From assembly GCA_963769935.1 (NCBI GenBank), contig CAVYNY010000009.1:256001-320000 (forward strand): 64,000 bases of DNA, written 5' to 3'. The notes under the pieces were generated by a model that searched no databases, had not been told where the DNA came from, and saw only the letters and a list, made by a program, of their open reading frames with translations. A program made the translations under genes and the position numbers. Position 1 is the first letter of the stretch. Each line of letters starts with the position of its first letter. Origin of the DNA: an uncultured delta proteobacterium. Its GTDB lineage: Bacteria > Desulfobacterota > Desulfobacteria > Desulfobacterales > JAFDCJ01. Below, in pieces: positions 53,345 to 63,889 of the stretch.

Positions 53345-54711
53345 AGGAACCTCCTTTCTTCAGTTTTTGGAAAGATCGAATTGAAGTGATATTTCAACTG
53401 AACTCCTAACAGGAAATGGATAAAATCCCGTCAGGAGCAAAATAGGCACAATTTGAGAGGGTTCTCCATCGTAACTTCACCATAATGTTAAGCTAATGTT
53501 CGGTGGAAACCAATATTTTTTCAGTAGAAGTCTTTAAAATGTGAAATTCATCGAGATCGCAGAAGCGCAGATGGTTGATACCGGTCAGATTCAGGAGTAG
53601 ATGGTGATTAAGATATGAAACTGTTGTCTTTTGATTATTCTATAGATTTTCTAATGTCAAGAAAAATTAATAAGTACTACTATGTAGTAATTACAGCGGG
53701 CATCTTTGGATTGACATATCTTGCCATTATATGAATTTCGAAAACTATCGAACTATTTAAAGATATAATCCGCATACCAAAAAGTATTTGACCCTGTCAA
53801 TTAATGAATAATATTCAGACCAATTGGTAATAATCATATTCGTTGCCGCCTATTTGTTTGAGTGATAATCGCCTTTCCAGCTTCATTAACCCTCTAATTT
53901 TCCTATTTTCTAAATATAGGATATTGTAACTGGTTTTTAATCAATTTTTGGCTCTTTCAGACGCTTTTGGTAGGTCGATCCGATATTGACCAGTGCAACA
54001 GCAAGATTTTTATGCAATCGCCCTATTTTGGCCCTTTGGTGGATTATCAGTCACTAAGCCACCATAGAAAATTGAATGAAGCCTTCAGAGATTGCAAAAA
54101 AAAATGTCACAGGCAAAAAACCTGTGACATTTTCTAAATCCCTATTTTCAAGTGAAAATATTAGTTCTGAAGGTTTTCGAATTGGTCTATTAATTCCAAT
54201 GCCTTTTGAACAGGTTGGGAACCATTGCGGCAGGAGAACCCGGAAGCTGTGCCTGGCTTATGTGTTTGAGGATGTTTTTTCCTTGTGACGGTTAAGCATG
54301 GAATACGGAAGTACTTTTGAAACCGTGGCAACCGGCGCGCGCCCGGTCAACCTCACCGGTCCAGCGGTTCCTCGGATTGTCATGGAGGCGACGGCAATAG
54401 CCGTCTAAAGGCCTGTTCCAAATAGCTTCTTTGCCACGTTCACAATGGATTCATTGACAACTATTATGAGAAGTTATTTTCTAGTGAGTCATTGGGCGGC
54501 TGCATTCTTTTGCGGTGCTGTTTTGCCGCTTTTGGAAATCGTTGGCCTGGCTTCTTCACAAAAGCACTTTTGCTCGACCAAATATCGAGCGGACTTGACA
54601 CGAATTGAAAAGCAATCCTTTGGACAGAGATCTCTTGACAGAACAAAAACAATGCCAAAATATAGAGCATTCTGCCCCAGAGGACCAGTTTTTTAATCAT
54701 AGAATAATGCA

Positions 54712-55518
54712 ATGAAGAGAGCCGACTTTGTAATTCGTCCCCATAAAACAGAGATAAAAGCCGCCGGCGGAAAGCTGAGGCTTCGGGTCATGACCTACAA
54801 TATCCACAGCTGCGTCGATCAAAACCGAACCGTTAATTTCGACAAGTTTGTTGGAATCATTGAGAAACGCCAAGCCGATATTATCGCACTGCAGGAAGTC
54901 GACGTCCAGAAGCCTTTCGACCAAAACCGGAATCAGGCCGGTATGATTGCAGATAAATTAAAGATGGATCATATTTTCTTTCCGGCCGAACATTCCAGCC
55001 TGCGCGCTTTCGGACTTGCCATCCTGAGCCGCTATACATTAACGGCATCCCATGGCGGCCTTCTACCGCAGTTATATGCCCGGCTCAAGCCAAGAAAGCG
55101 GGCCGCAGTTCGGGCAACCCTTCAGACGCCGGCCGGACCGCTGCATATTGTCAATGCGCATCTCAGCCTTTTTAAGCTGGAGCGCCGCGGGCAGTTAAAA
55201 AACCTTCTGGGCCGTGACTGGCTGGCGGGGGTGCCGGCCGGGGAGCCGGTTATCTTTTGCGGTGATCTGAATGCCGGGCCTTTATCCAAAACATACCGCA
55301 CCCTCTCCCGTCATTTAACCGACGTTCAAAAGGAATTAAAGATCCTGAAAGGAGCTGCCACCCAGCCGACTTTTCACTCCAGAAGTCCTCTGTTTCGGAT
55401 TGATCATATTTTTGTCTCTCAGCATCTGCGAACCATCCAGGTGGAAGTCACGAATTCCCCGGATACACGGACGGCTTCCGATCACTTGCCGCTGACGGCG
55501 GATCTTGCGTTATTATAG
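54712..55518 (+). CDS. Endonuclease/exonuclease/phosphatase family protein
   Basis: MTYNIH, ALQEVD, GDLN, RIDHIF, SDHLP. Confidence 0.92.
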   Translation: MKRADFVIRPHKTEIKAAGGKLRLRVMTYNIHSCVDQNRTVNFDKFVGIIEKRQADIIALQEVDVQKPFDQNRNQAGMIADKLKMDHIFFPAEHSSLRAFGLAILSRYTLTASHGGLLPQLYARLKPRKRAAVRATLQTPAGPLHIVNAHLSLFKLERRGQLKNLLGRDWLAGVPAGEPVIFCGDLNAGPLSKTYRTLSRHLTDVQKELKILKGAATQPTFHSRSPLFRIDHIFVSQHLRTIQVEVTNSPDTRTASDHLPLTADLALL

Positions 55519-55753
55519 AAAAAATTTATTTGCCATAATCGAAAAAATTTTTGCATCGCTAATAAAATCCTAACAATCCTTTTGTATCCTTTTCTAGGCA
55601 ATCGAGACCGGCTTTAAAGCGGCCGATGATGTTTCCGCAAGCGATCTTCATCTTTATGCGGATGTCGACCTGATCAGGTTAAAATCCGGGCTTTGAATTA
55701 ATAAAGTGTATTTTCACAAAAGATCGCCAGAAACGTGAAAGGGAGAGCGCGAT

Positions 55754-56044
55754 ATGATTTCAGCTAACTGCGATATTCGCGAATTCATTTCTGAGCTGGA
55801 AAACAAGGATTTTTTCGAAATGATCTATTTGCTGGATAAGGAGGCGACGGAGGCTGAAAGACAATTATTTAATTCCAGGAGCAAAACGTGTGATGGACAA
55901 ATTTGCGGGTCCGAATACGTGAGTAACCTGAAAAACCTTATCTTCTATCTCAGGTACGGTGCCAGGCCCAATGGATTGCAAAAGGAGTATATTCGCCTTT
56001 TAGATTCAGTTTGCGCCAAAAATGTTCATCCACCGGCGCATTGA
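55754..56044 (+). CDS. Hypothetical protein
   Basis: GGGAG RBS; 6 bp upstream of the next gene. Confidence 0.7.
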   Translation: MISANCDIREFISELENKDFFEMIYLLDKEATEAERQLFNSRSKTCDGQICGSEYVSNLKNLIFYLRYGARPNGLQKEYIRLLDSVCAKNVHPPAH

Positions 56045-56050
56045 GGCAAC

Positions 56051-56527
56051 ATGAAAACCGCTGGCAAAGATCTGCCCTCCATTATTTTACCGCCGCCGCT
56101 CATTTTTTTCGTGTTGCTGGGTGTCGGTTTTTTGCTGGATTATCTTTTTCCATTAAAATATTTCAGACTGCCGTGGACACCCCGGGTTATCGGCAGCGGC
56201 ATCCTTTTTCTGATCTCCGGGTATCTGGCAATGGGATCGATCAATGTGTTGCTGCGCAATAAAACGCCGTATAACCCGTCAAAACCTGCCATAAAAATTG
56301 TTGGTCAGGGCCCGTTCCGGCTTTCACGAAACCCGATGTATCTTGCGCTCCTGCTCCTGCTTGCAGCCGCTGCGGTTTTCACCGGTTCGATCTGGCTTTT
56401 TCTGGCCGTACCGCTGCTTTTGATTGTTTTGGACATCACTGCCGTCAAACCGGAAGAATCATATCTGGAGCGCCATTTCGGCAGCCGGTATCTGGCATAC
56501 AAGGCCAAAGTCAGACGGTGGCTTTAA
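56051..56527 (+). CDS. Isoprenylcysteine carboxyl/phospholipid methyltransferase family membrane protein
   Basis: PPPLIF, GPFRLSRNPMY, EESYLERHFG..Y..Y...VRRWL. Confidence 0.9.
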   Translation: MKTAGKDLPSIILPPPLIFFVLLGVGFLLDYLFPLKYFRLPWTPRVIGSGILFLISGYLAMGSINVLLRNKTPYNPSKPAIKIVGQGPFRLSRNPMYLALLLLLAAAAVFTGSIWLFLAVPLLLIVLDITAVKPEESYLERHFGSRYLAYKAKVRRWL

Positions 56528-56721
56528 AATCCGCAGCATCAACCCGGCTGAAGGTATATTCCTGGGGCGTTATTGTCGTTTTAATTCACTCATTTCTAAC
56601 ATCATCCTAGTAAAAGTCTAAAGCATCAATCCTACTATTATTCCGGCCGCAAACCCTTATAGCACCATCAAAATATATTCGGAAATTCTATAAAACTGAG
56701 CTATTCGGCTGAGGTTTAAGT

Positions 56722-56907
56722 ATGCAATTTAAAGTATCATGCTTTGAAGTCAAAAAATTGGGAGAGGATGAGTGGCAGGAAGCCTCCGAGAGAATGGTCC
56801 TGGCAAAATTGGCCGAATGCTTTGACCCGCTTACCCCGATCCTGACGAAAATGATGGAAGGCAATGAGATCGTTGCACAGCGAGAAATATATCGATTCAG
56901 ATGTTAG
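56722..56907 (+). CDS. Small hypothetical protein
   Basis: GAGG RBS, 61 aa. Confidence 0.6.
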   Translation: MQFKVSCFEVKKLGEDEWQEASERMVLAKLAECFDPLTPILTKMMEGNEIVAQREIYRFRC

Positions 56908-56927
56908 GCTTAGAAAGGAGAAAAAAT

Positions 56928-57119
56928 ATGGGCGAATTGTTTCTGCAGCATGATGCATTCACCTATTTATTTGATACTGATTTGCTTAAACTCTACCGGT
57001 TGCAGGGCCGTCAGTCTGTAGAGATCAATAATCCTGAAACGGTACGCAATGTGCGGCTCTATTCTTCTGAAATCAGCCGGGAGCGGGCGTTCAAGATGGC
57101 CGAAGGATGTCATAACTGA
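56928..57119 (+). CDS. Small hypothetical protein
   Basis: AAAGGAG RBS, 63 aa. Confidence 0.65.
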   Translation: MGELFLQHDAFTYLFDTDLLKLYRLQGRQSVEINNPETVRNVRLYSSEISRERAFKMAEGCHN

Positions 57120-57223
57120 TTTTTCATTCTAACCATGACCAATGCAATGAAAATAGTGGAAGTCGGCCAGGTCGTTTAATTTCGCAATGAGAAGAATGAT
57201 TGAAGATTTCCAGGCCGTGAAAT

Positions 57224-57832
57224 TTATGGTTCGATCCGTGTCATTTTGGGCAAGGCGGTCAGAACATCCTCACAGGTAAAGAAAATATCAATACCCATAG
57301 GGTGCAGAAATGATATCTGCCGCCACTGACACCAGAAGATATCCGCAACGTCCTTAAGATCCAGGCGAGAATTCCTGTTCCCGGCGACATTGGAATTTTG
57401 ATGGTCCGCCACCGGGTAAATATCCTCCACCTGTACAACTATCGTCGTCGCTTTTTCGCAATGCTCATATCGGCCGACCCTGAAATATTCAAGGGGCGGC
57501 ATGGCGGCCGGCCTGGTAATAATCGCGAATTTCGCCATGCAGGGTTCGGTCACAACACTGCTTCCACAGCCGGACTGCAGCCAGCCGATTGCCGGGTTCC
57601 TCCAGTCGATATCAGTCCAGACGGGCGTCTCATCATCGAGCAGGGTCAGACAGGTGGCGGCAGAGGCTGAATTAAATACTGCCGGCGCATACGGATACTC
57701 CCGGATTGTAACCAGCCGGCCGGGATGTTCCATAGCATCGAGAATCGCTCTAAAGGCCTGATGTGATTCGACAGCGGGATCATCAGATCCATTCCTCCAC
57801 TGATTAAGCGCCCGTGAGTGGTTCATTTTCAT
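57224..57832 (-). CDS. phnH: PhnH (C-P lyase subunit)-like protein, orphan
   Basis: FRAILDAMEHPG, LTLLDDETPVW, ATTIVVQV, HPMGIDIFFT...ALP. Confidence 0.85.
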   Translation of the reverse strand: MKMNHSRALNQWRNGSDDPAVESHQAFRAILDAMEHPGRLVTIREYPYAPAVFNSASAATCLTLLDDETPVWTDIDWRNPAIGWLQSGCGSSVVTEPCMAKFAIITRPAAMPPLEYFRVGRYEHCEKATTIVVQVEDIYPVADHQNSNVAGNRNSRLDLKDVADIFWCQWRQISFLHPMGIDIFFTCEDVLTALPKMTRIEP

Positions 57833-57911
57833 GTTCCTCTATACATGGGGGGAAACGCACTTTTTCCGGGGGAGTTGCTCGTCACCCTGCCTGAATCTAT
57901 AGGATATGCCT

Positions 57912-57938
57912 GTTAGGGGGATATTAGCGAATCATTAG
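57912..57938 (-). promoter_or_regulatory. PHO-box-like array upstream of phnH
   Basis: GTTAG/ATTAG/ATTAG at 57912, 57923, 57934. Confidence 0.7.
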
Positions 57939-57959
57939 AAATGAATGAAAAATGTAGGC

Positions 57960-58295
57960 CTGTTAGCCGGTTGGCCCGTTGGCCGGTTGGCCCGTTGGCC
58001 GGTTGGCCCGTTGGCCGGTTGACCCGTTGGCCCGTTGGCCCGTTGACCCGTTGGCCCGTTGGCCCGTTGGCCCGTTGGCCCGTTGACCCGTTGGCCCGTT
58101 GACCCGTTGGCCCGTTGACCAGTGGGCCCGTTGACCCGTTGACCCGTTGGGCCCGTTGACTCTCGTTGACCCGGTGTGGCCTGTTGACTGGTTGTTCTCT
58201 TGGCTGGTTGCCCTGCTTCAATACACCGGCAACCGGCGAACAGGCACACGGGACAACCGGCCAACCGGCGCACGGGCCAACCGGCAAACCGGCTA
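57960..58295. repeat. Octamer VNTR (CCGTTGGC/CCGTTGAC, more than 20 copies) with inverted degenerate arm
   Basis: Visible directly; the right arm of AACCGGNN units overlaps the phoR stop. Confidence 0.92.
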
Positions 58296-60069
58296 ACTGA
58301 TAGGCAGGTGGATGGTGAAGGTGCTGCCCTTGCCGAGCGTGCTGTCCACGGTGATATTGCCGCCATGGGCCTGGGCAATGTGTTTGACAATGGCAAGTCC
58401 GAGACCGGTGCCGCCCATTTTGCGGCTGCGCGCTTTGTCCACCCGATAAAATCTTTCAAAAAGCCGGGGCAGATGTTTTTTCGCAATGCCGATGCCCTGA
58501 TCTTCAACACTGATCTGAATTTCCGAGCCGTTCCGCCAAGCTTTAAGATGAATGACACTCTCGGGTTCGCTGTATTTAATGGCATTGTCCAGCAGGTTAA
58601 CCATCGCCTGCTCGAGCAGTGAGCTGTCAAATTTGGCTGAAATCTGCTCATCGCCGGCGATGGCAACGGTGATATTTTTTTCCTCGGCCTTCGGACGGCA
58701 TAGTTGCATTACAGAGCGAAAAACATTGCCGATGTTTCCCTCTTCTAAGCTTAACGGTCTTGCCTTCATCTTCCTGCTCGATTCTGGAAAGAGCGAGCAG
58801 ATCCTCGACGATGGAGCTCAGGCGGTCCACATGTTTTTGAATGATGCCCAGAAATCGCCTGGCCTCCTCCGGATTGTCGACACTGCCCTGGTGCAGGGTT
58901 TCAACAAAGCCCTTGATAGCCGTCAGCGGGGTTTTGATCTCATGCGAGACATTGGCCACAAAGTCGCGCCGCATGTTCTCCAGGCGTCTGAGTTGGGTGA
59001 CGTCATTGAATACCACCAGGGTTCCGATATGGTCTTTATTGGCGTCCAGCAGAGGGGAGCTCTGCAGGTGCAGCGTCTTTTCGCCCTTATGATACAGACC
59101 GATGTCGTCTTCTTTGGGAACCTTGCTGGATATGGCCCGGCCGACAAACTGCTGCAGCACCGAATTGCGAATGACTTCCTGCAGGTCCCGGCCCTGGTAC
59201 TTTTCGGGGTCGCAGTCGAAAAAATCGGTTGCCGCTGCATTCATGTTTATAATCCTTTCCTCATTGTCGACGGCAATGACGCCTTCCAGCATGCTGGCCA
59301 GCACGGTCTCCAGTTCATTGTGCTGGCTGACAATAGTTTTGATGCGACGGTCAAGCTGGGCGGCCATCTGGTTCAGGGCCTCGGCCAGACTGGCCAATTC
59401 TTCGGAATCCGGCGCCGCCAGGCGGTGGGTTAAATCACCGTCCGCGAAATGATCTGCGCCCTTTTTCATTTCTTCGATGGGCCGGCTGATGCGGCGTGAA
59501 ATCAACAAACTGATGCCGGCGGCCATCAAGGCAATTAAAAGACCGCCGAGTGCGATTTTGATCTGGATCGACTGCAGCTCCCGGTCAATCGATGTCGTGG
59601 GCAGGGACGCTCTTATTACCCCGTAGGTGGCATTACCCTGCTGCAAAGGGACAGCGACATACATCATTTTTTGCTTGAGTGTTTTGCTGTAGCGCCGGGA
59701 CAGGCCGGTATGGCCTTTAAGTGCTGTTGCAATTTCAGGCCGCTCGGCATGATTATCCATCACCCGGGGTGATTCACGGGAGTCGCCCACGACTTGCCCG
59801 TCGGGCAATATGACGGTGATGCGGGTGGCGGATTTTTCGCCGATTTCCTTGCAGACGGCGTCCACTGCGGCAGCATCCAAAGGCGTCAGGTGGGCGGTGA
59901 TTTGCTTTTCGACCAGTACGGCGCGGATTTTCAGATCCGCTGCGGTCTGGTCCATGAAAAAATGGTGCAGCGAACTGGAGGCATACCAGCTGACCGCCAA
60001 TACCGAGAGCACCGTGATCAGCAGATATGAAGGAAACAGCTGCCAGATCAGTCTTTTTTTCCTATTCAT
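58293..60069 (-). CDS. phoR: Sensor kinase PhoR (TM-HAMP-PAS-HisKA-HATPase); +1 frameshift near 58747
   Basis: RRDFVANVSHEIKTPLT; second frame has FERFYRVDKARSR..GGTGLGLAIVKH. Confidence 0.88.
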
Positions 60070-60760
60070 TGTTTTCTTTGAACCGATATCCGACACCTCG
60101 GACGGTTTCAATGTACCGGCTGGATGGACCCAGTTTTTTTCGCAATCCCACGATTTGGACGTCCACGCTGCGGTCGGTAACCGGGTAGTCGTCACCGCGC
60201 ACGGCATCCACAATGTGGCTGCGGGTAAACACCCACCCCGGTCGCCGGGCCAGAAGATACAGCACCTGAAACTCGGTATATGTCAAATCAACAGCCTGAC
60301 CGGAGACCAGAACACTGCGCCGGCCGAGATCTATCTCCAGATCATAGATCCGAAGCATGGATACATCTCCCTCATCCGGCTTGCCGGTTTTGCGGCGCAG
60401 GATGGCCCGCACTCTTGCAATCAGCACCCGGGGGCTGAACGGCTTGGTCACATAGTCATCGGCGCCCAGTTCCAGACCGGTGACAATGTCGGCCTCCTCA
60501 CCCTTGGCCGTCAGCATCAGAATCGGAAAATTCCCGGTCTTTGGGTCGCTTTTTAATTTTTTGGCCACATCCAGTCCGTCGATACCGGGCAGCATGAGAT
60601 CGAGAACGACCAGATCAAACACTTCTGCCCGGGCCTTTTTCAGTGCATCTTCCCCGGTCAACGCCCCGGTAACCTGATACCCTTCTTTTACCAGATTGTA
60701 TCTGATCAGCTCGAGGATATCCTCCTCATCTTCAACCACGAGAATCCGTTCTTTTGGCAT
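60062..60760 (-). CDS. phoB: Response regulator PhoB/PhoP (OmpR family)
   Basis: REC + wHTH, DRSVDVQI, IETVRGVGY; pho gene context. Confidence 0.88.
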   Translation of the reverse strand: MPKERILVVEDEEDILELIRYNLVKEGYQVTGALTGEDALKKARAEVFDLVVLDLMLPGIDGLDVAKKLKSDPKTGNFPILMLTAKGEEADIVTGLELGADDYVTKPFSPRVLIARVRAILRRKTGKPDEGDVSMLRIYDLEIDLGRRSVLVSGQAVDLTYTEFQVLYLLARRPGWVFTRSHIVDAVRGDDYPVTDRSVDVQIVGLRKKLGPSSRYIETVRGVGYRFKENNE

Positions 60761-60842
60761 CGCCTTGTCTCACCGTTTTGACAATGGAATTTATCTTGCT
60801 TTGTAATTTATTTTTTCCCGGTGAGCAATCTATTTCTTTATT

Positions 60843-60880
60843 GTTATCATAACGTTAGATTGCGGTTAAATTTGTGATAG
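60843..60880 (-). promoter_or_regulatory. PHO-box-like array upstream of phoB
   Basis: GTTAT/GTTAG/GTTAA/GATAG at 60843, 60854, 60865, 60876. Confidence 0.7.
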
Positions 60881-61024
60881 CCTTTTGATGCGACAGACAC
60901 AGCCGGCGGCACTAAAAGAAACACGGTGATAATTCCAGTTATTCCGGCACCGGCCGGAATTTGTTCAAATTTCACACTTAATACTTTCAGTTGACTTTAT
61001 AAATTATCGGGTTAATATTAAACC

Positions 61025-62281
61025 ATGATTAAACGAAAGTTGTTTTCAGAATTGGTGGGCCATCTTCCGCAAAAGGAGATGAGCCTGATAATCGGCCCCC
61101 GTCAGGCCGGCAAAACGACCCTGATGGAGATGTTGCAGGCACATCTGGAAAAGAGCGGTGAGCGCACGCTGTTTCTAAACCTCGACGTCGAGTGGGACAG
61201 ACTTCATTTTGAATCTCAGGCAGCTCTTCTAAAAAAAATTGAATTGGAGCTGGGCCGACGGCGCGGTTACGTTTTTATCGATGAAATTCAGCGCAAAGGT
61301 GATGCCGGTTTATTTTTAAAGGGCCTTTTTGATCTCAACTTGCCTTATAAATTTATCGTTTCCGGTTCCGGCAGCCTGGAGCTGAAAGAAAAAATCCATG
61401 AATCGATGGTCGGCCGCAAACGACTGTTTGAATTATCCACCCTGACCTTCGAGGAATTTATCAATCACCGAACGGACTATCGGTATGAAGAAAATATTGC
61501 CGAGTTTATGGCAATTGAAACGGACAATGCCCGGCAGCTGCTGTCTGAATACATGCAGTTCGGCGGGTATCCCCGGATTGTTTTAGCTTTGGAACAAGTT
61601 GAAAAGCTTCGTCTCATCGATGAAATCTACCGCAGTGTCCTGGAAAAGGATATTGCCTATCTTTTAAAACTTGACAAGCCTGATGTTTTCAGAGCGCTCA
61701 TCAAGATTCTTGCCGGCCAGATCGGGCAGTTGATGAACTACACTGAGCTGGCATCGACATTGAATGTGTCTTTTGCCACTGTTAAAAACTACCTCTGGTA
61801 TGCTCAAAAAATATTCATAGTGGAACTTATCCCACCCTATGCGCGCAATGTCAGAAAAGAAATCAGCAAATCACCCGTGCCTTATTTTTGGGATTTGGGC
61901 CTCAGAAACTATTCCCTGGGACTGTTCGGACACCTTGAAAGCCCAATGGAAAAAGGGTTTGTCTTTGAAAACCTGGTTTTTTTACTTTTAAGGCAAAAAC
62001 TAAGATTCAAAGCCGCCAAGTTGAATTACTGGCGAACAAAGGATAAAGCCGAGGTGGATTTTGTGATCGAAGCCGGTAAAAGACTCATTCCGGTGGAGGT
62101 TAAGCATAAGCAGCTTAGACAGGATAAGGTGCCGGTATCCTTGCGCAGTTTCATCGACAAATACCAGCCGGAGCGAGCCTTTATTATAAATTTTGGTTTG
62201 AACAAAACCATTGAAATCAACCAGACAAAAGTTTGCTTTATGCCGTTTCATGAACTGCTGAGTCAAAGCACGGTATTTTAA
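61025..62281 (+). CDS. AAA_14 ATPase with DUF4143 domain
   Basis: GPRQAGKTT, FIDEIQ, GGYP, YFWDLGL, EVDFV...PVEVK. Confidence 0.9.
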   Translation: MIKRKLFSELVGHLPQKEMSLIIGPRQAGKTTLMEMLQAHLEKSGERTLFLNLDVEWDRLHFESQAALLKKIELELGRRRGYVFIDEIQRKGDAGLFLKGLFDLNLPYKFIVSGSGSLELKEKIHESMVGRKRLFELSTLTFEEFINHRTDYRYEENIAEFMAIETDNARQLLSEYMQFGGYPRIVLALEQVEKLRLIDEIYRSVLEKDIAYLLKLDKPDVFRALIKILAGQIGQLMNYTELASTLNVSFATVKNYLWYAQKIFIVELIPPYARNVRKEISKSPVPYFWDLGLRNYSLGLFGHLESPMEKGFVFENLVFLLLRQKLRFKAAKLNYWRTKDKAEVDFVIEAGKRLIPVEVKHKQLRQDKVPVSLRSFIDKYQPERAFIINFGLNKTIEINQTKVCFMPFHELLSQSTVF

Positions 62282-62548
62282 AGATCTCGACTTTAAACCG
62301 GCCCGCATCAAAGATCCGGTTGTCTGAGGTCCCTTTTTATGATGCACAAGGTTGATAAGGTCGTCGAGAAAGGTACCGAAAATTCCACCTACTAATGAAT
62401 CACGCAAGCACCCCGGTGCCATTCTCTGGAGCTGCGCAGCTGGCAAAAATCCCAAAAAAAGACAGGATAAAATTCGTGCTTTATATATTTCGCGTTTTCG
62501 TGATAAAAAAAAATAGAAGATGTCCTTTCTTCTTAGGATCGCGATCAC

Positions 62549-63889
62549 TTGACCGGTAATGCGCCCCATATTCTTCTGATCAATCCCTGGATCCACGATT
62601 TTGCCGCCTACGATTTCTGGGCCAAGCCTCTGGGACTGCTCATCATTGCAGGCCTGCTAAAGGCGCACGGCATTGCGGTTTCCTATATCGACTGTCTGGA
62701 CCGTTTTCATCCCCGGGCCGCTAAAACCGATCCTGCGGCCAGATACGGCCGGGGTCCGTATCTTAAATCCCGCATCCCTAAACCGGCCGGGTTGGATGAC
62801 GTCCGCCGTAAATTCTCACGCTACGGTATCAAACCGCAATGGTTCCAGGAAGATCTTCTTGGACTGGCCCCACCCGATCTTGTGCTGATCACCTCGCTGA
62901 TGACATACTGGTACCCGGGGGTGCAGGAAACCATTGCAGCTGTCAGATCGGTTTTTCCGCATACGCCGATCGTGCTGGGCGGCATCTATGCCCGATTATG
63001 CGCTGAGCATGCCGGAAGCAATTCCGGCGCCGATCATATCGCCGTCGAGCCGGCGGAAAAATGCTTAATGGCCCTGTTGTGTGACTTTACAGGCTACTCG
63101 GCCGCACCGGCATTTGATCCGTTAAATATGGATTCCTACCCCTACCCTGCCCTGGAATTGCAGACCAGGATTAATTATGTACCCCTGCTGACCACCAAAG
63201 GCTGCCCGTTTAACTGTGCCTACTGCGCTTCCCGTTTTTTGGAGCCCAACCCCCTGCGGCGCAGTCCGGAATCCGTTATTGAAGAGATCCGTTACTGGCA
63301 CGGCCGGTATGGACTGATCGACTTTGTCCTGTACGACGACGCCTTTTTGGTGGATGCCGACCACCATGCCATTCCGATGCTGGAAGGCATCTGCGCAGCC
63401 GGTCTCAAGGTTCGTTTTCACACGCCGAATGCGCTCCATATTCGCGGCATCACCCCCGCAACGGCCCGGCTGATGCACCGGGCCGGTTTTACGACCCTGC
63501 GTCTCGGATTGGAAACAGCTGAATTTGAACACCGCCTGAAACTTGATCAGAAAGTCTCTCAGCACGAGTTTAACCGAGCGGTGACCTGCCTGATCGAGGC
63601 CGGTTTTGACAAAAAACGGGTGGGCGCCTATCTGCTGGTCGGTCTTCCCGGCCAGAAACTAAGCGCTATTGAGTATTCCATCCGGGCCGTTTCAGAAAGC
63701 GGTATATCGCCGGTGCCCGCGTATTACACCCCCATTCCGCATACGGCGCTGTGGCCTGAGGCGGTAGCGGCATCCCGCTACGATCTTGCTTCCGATCCGA
63801 TATTCACCAATAACGCCATCCTCCCCTGCCGCAAAGAACCGTTTTCCTGGGAACTGATTTCGCATTTAAAGGATTTGGCGGCGAAATAA
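62549..63889 (+). CDS. B12-binding-domain radical SAM protein
   Basis: NPWIHDFAAYDFW, GCPFNCAYC. Confidence 0.9.
   Translation: MTGNAPHILLINPWIHDFAAYDFWAKPLGLLIIAGLLKAHGIAVSYIDCLDRFHPRAAKTDPAARYGRGPYLKSRIPKPAGLDDVRRKFSRYGIKPQWFQEDLLGLAPPDLVLITSLMTYWYPGVQETIAAVRSVFPHTPIVLGGIYARLCAEHAGSNSGADHIAVEPAEKCLMALLCDFTGYSAAPAFDPLNMDSYPYPALELQTRINYVPLLTTKGCPFNCAYCASRFLEPNPLRRSPESVIEEIRYWHGRYGLIDFVLYDDAFLVDADHHAIPMLEGICAAGLKVRFHTPNALHIRGITPATARLMHRAGFTTLRLGLETAEFEHRLKLDQKVSQHEFNRAVTCLIEAGFDKKRVGAYLLVGLPGQKLSAIEYSIRAVSESGISPVPAYYTPIPHTALWPEAVAASRYDLASDPIFTNNAILPCRKEPFSWELISHLKDLAAK

Noticed and set aside
57913..58666. Track ORFs with GPTGQRAN repeats
   Set aside because: Translations of the non-coding octamer VNTR and an alternative phoR frame
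4857..63565. Long antisense or overlapping track ORFs (e.g. 4857-5984, 8045-9016, 22263-23117, 38014-38901, 58552-59433)
   Set aside because: Shadows of GC-rich real genes with no recognisable motifs
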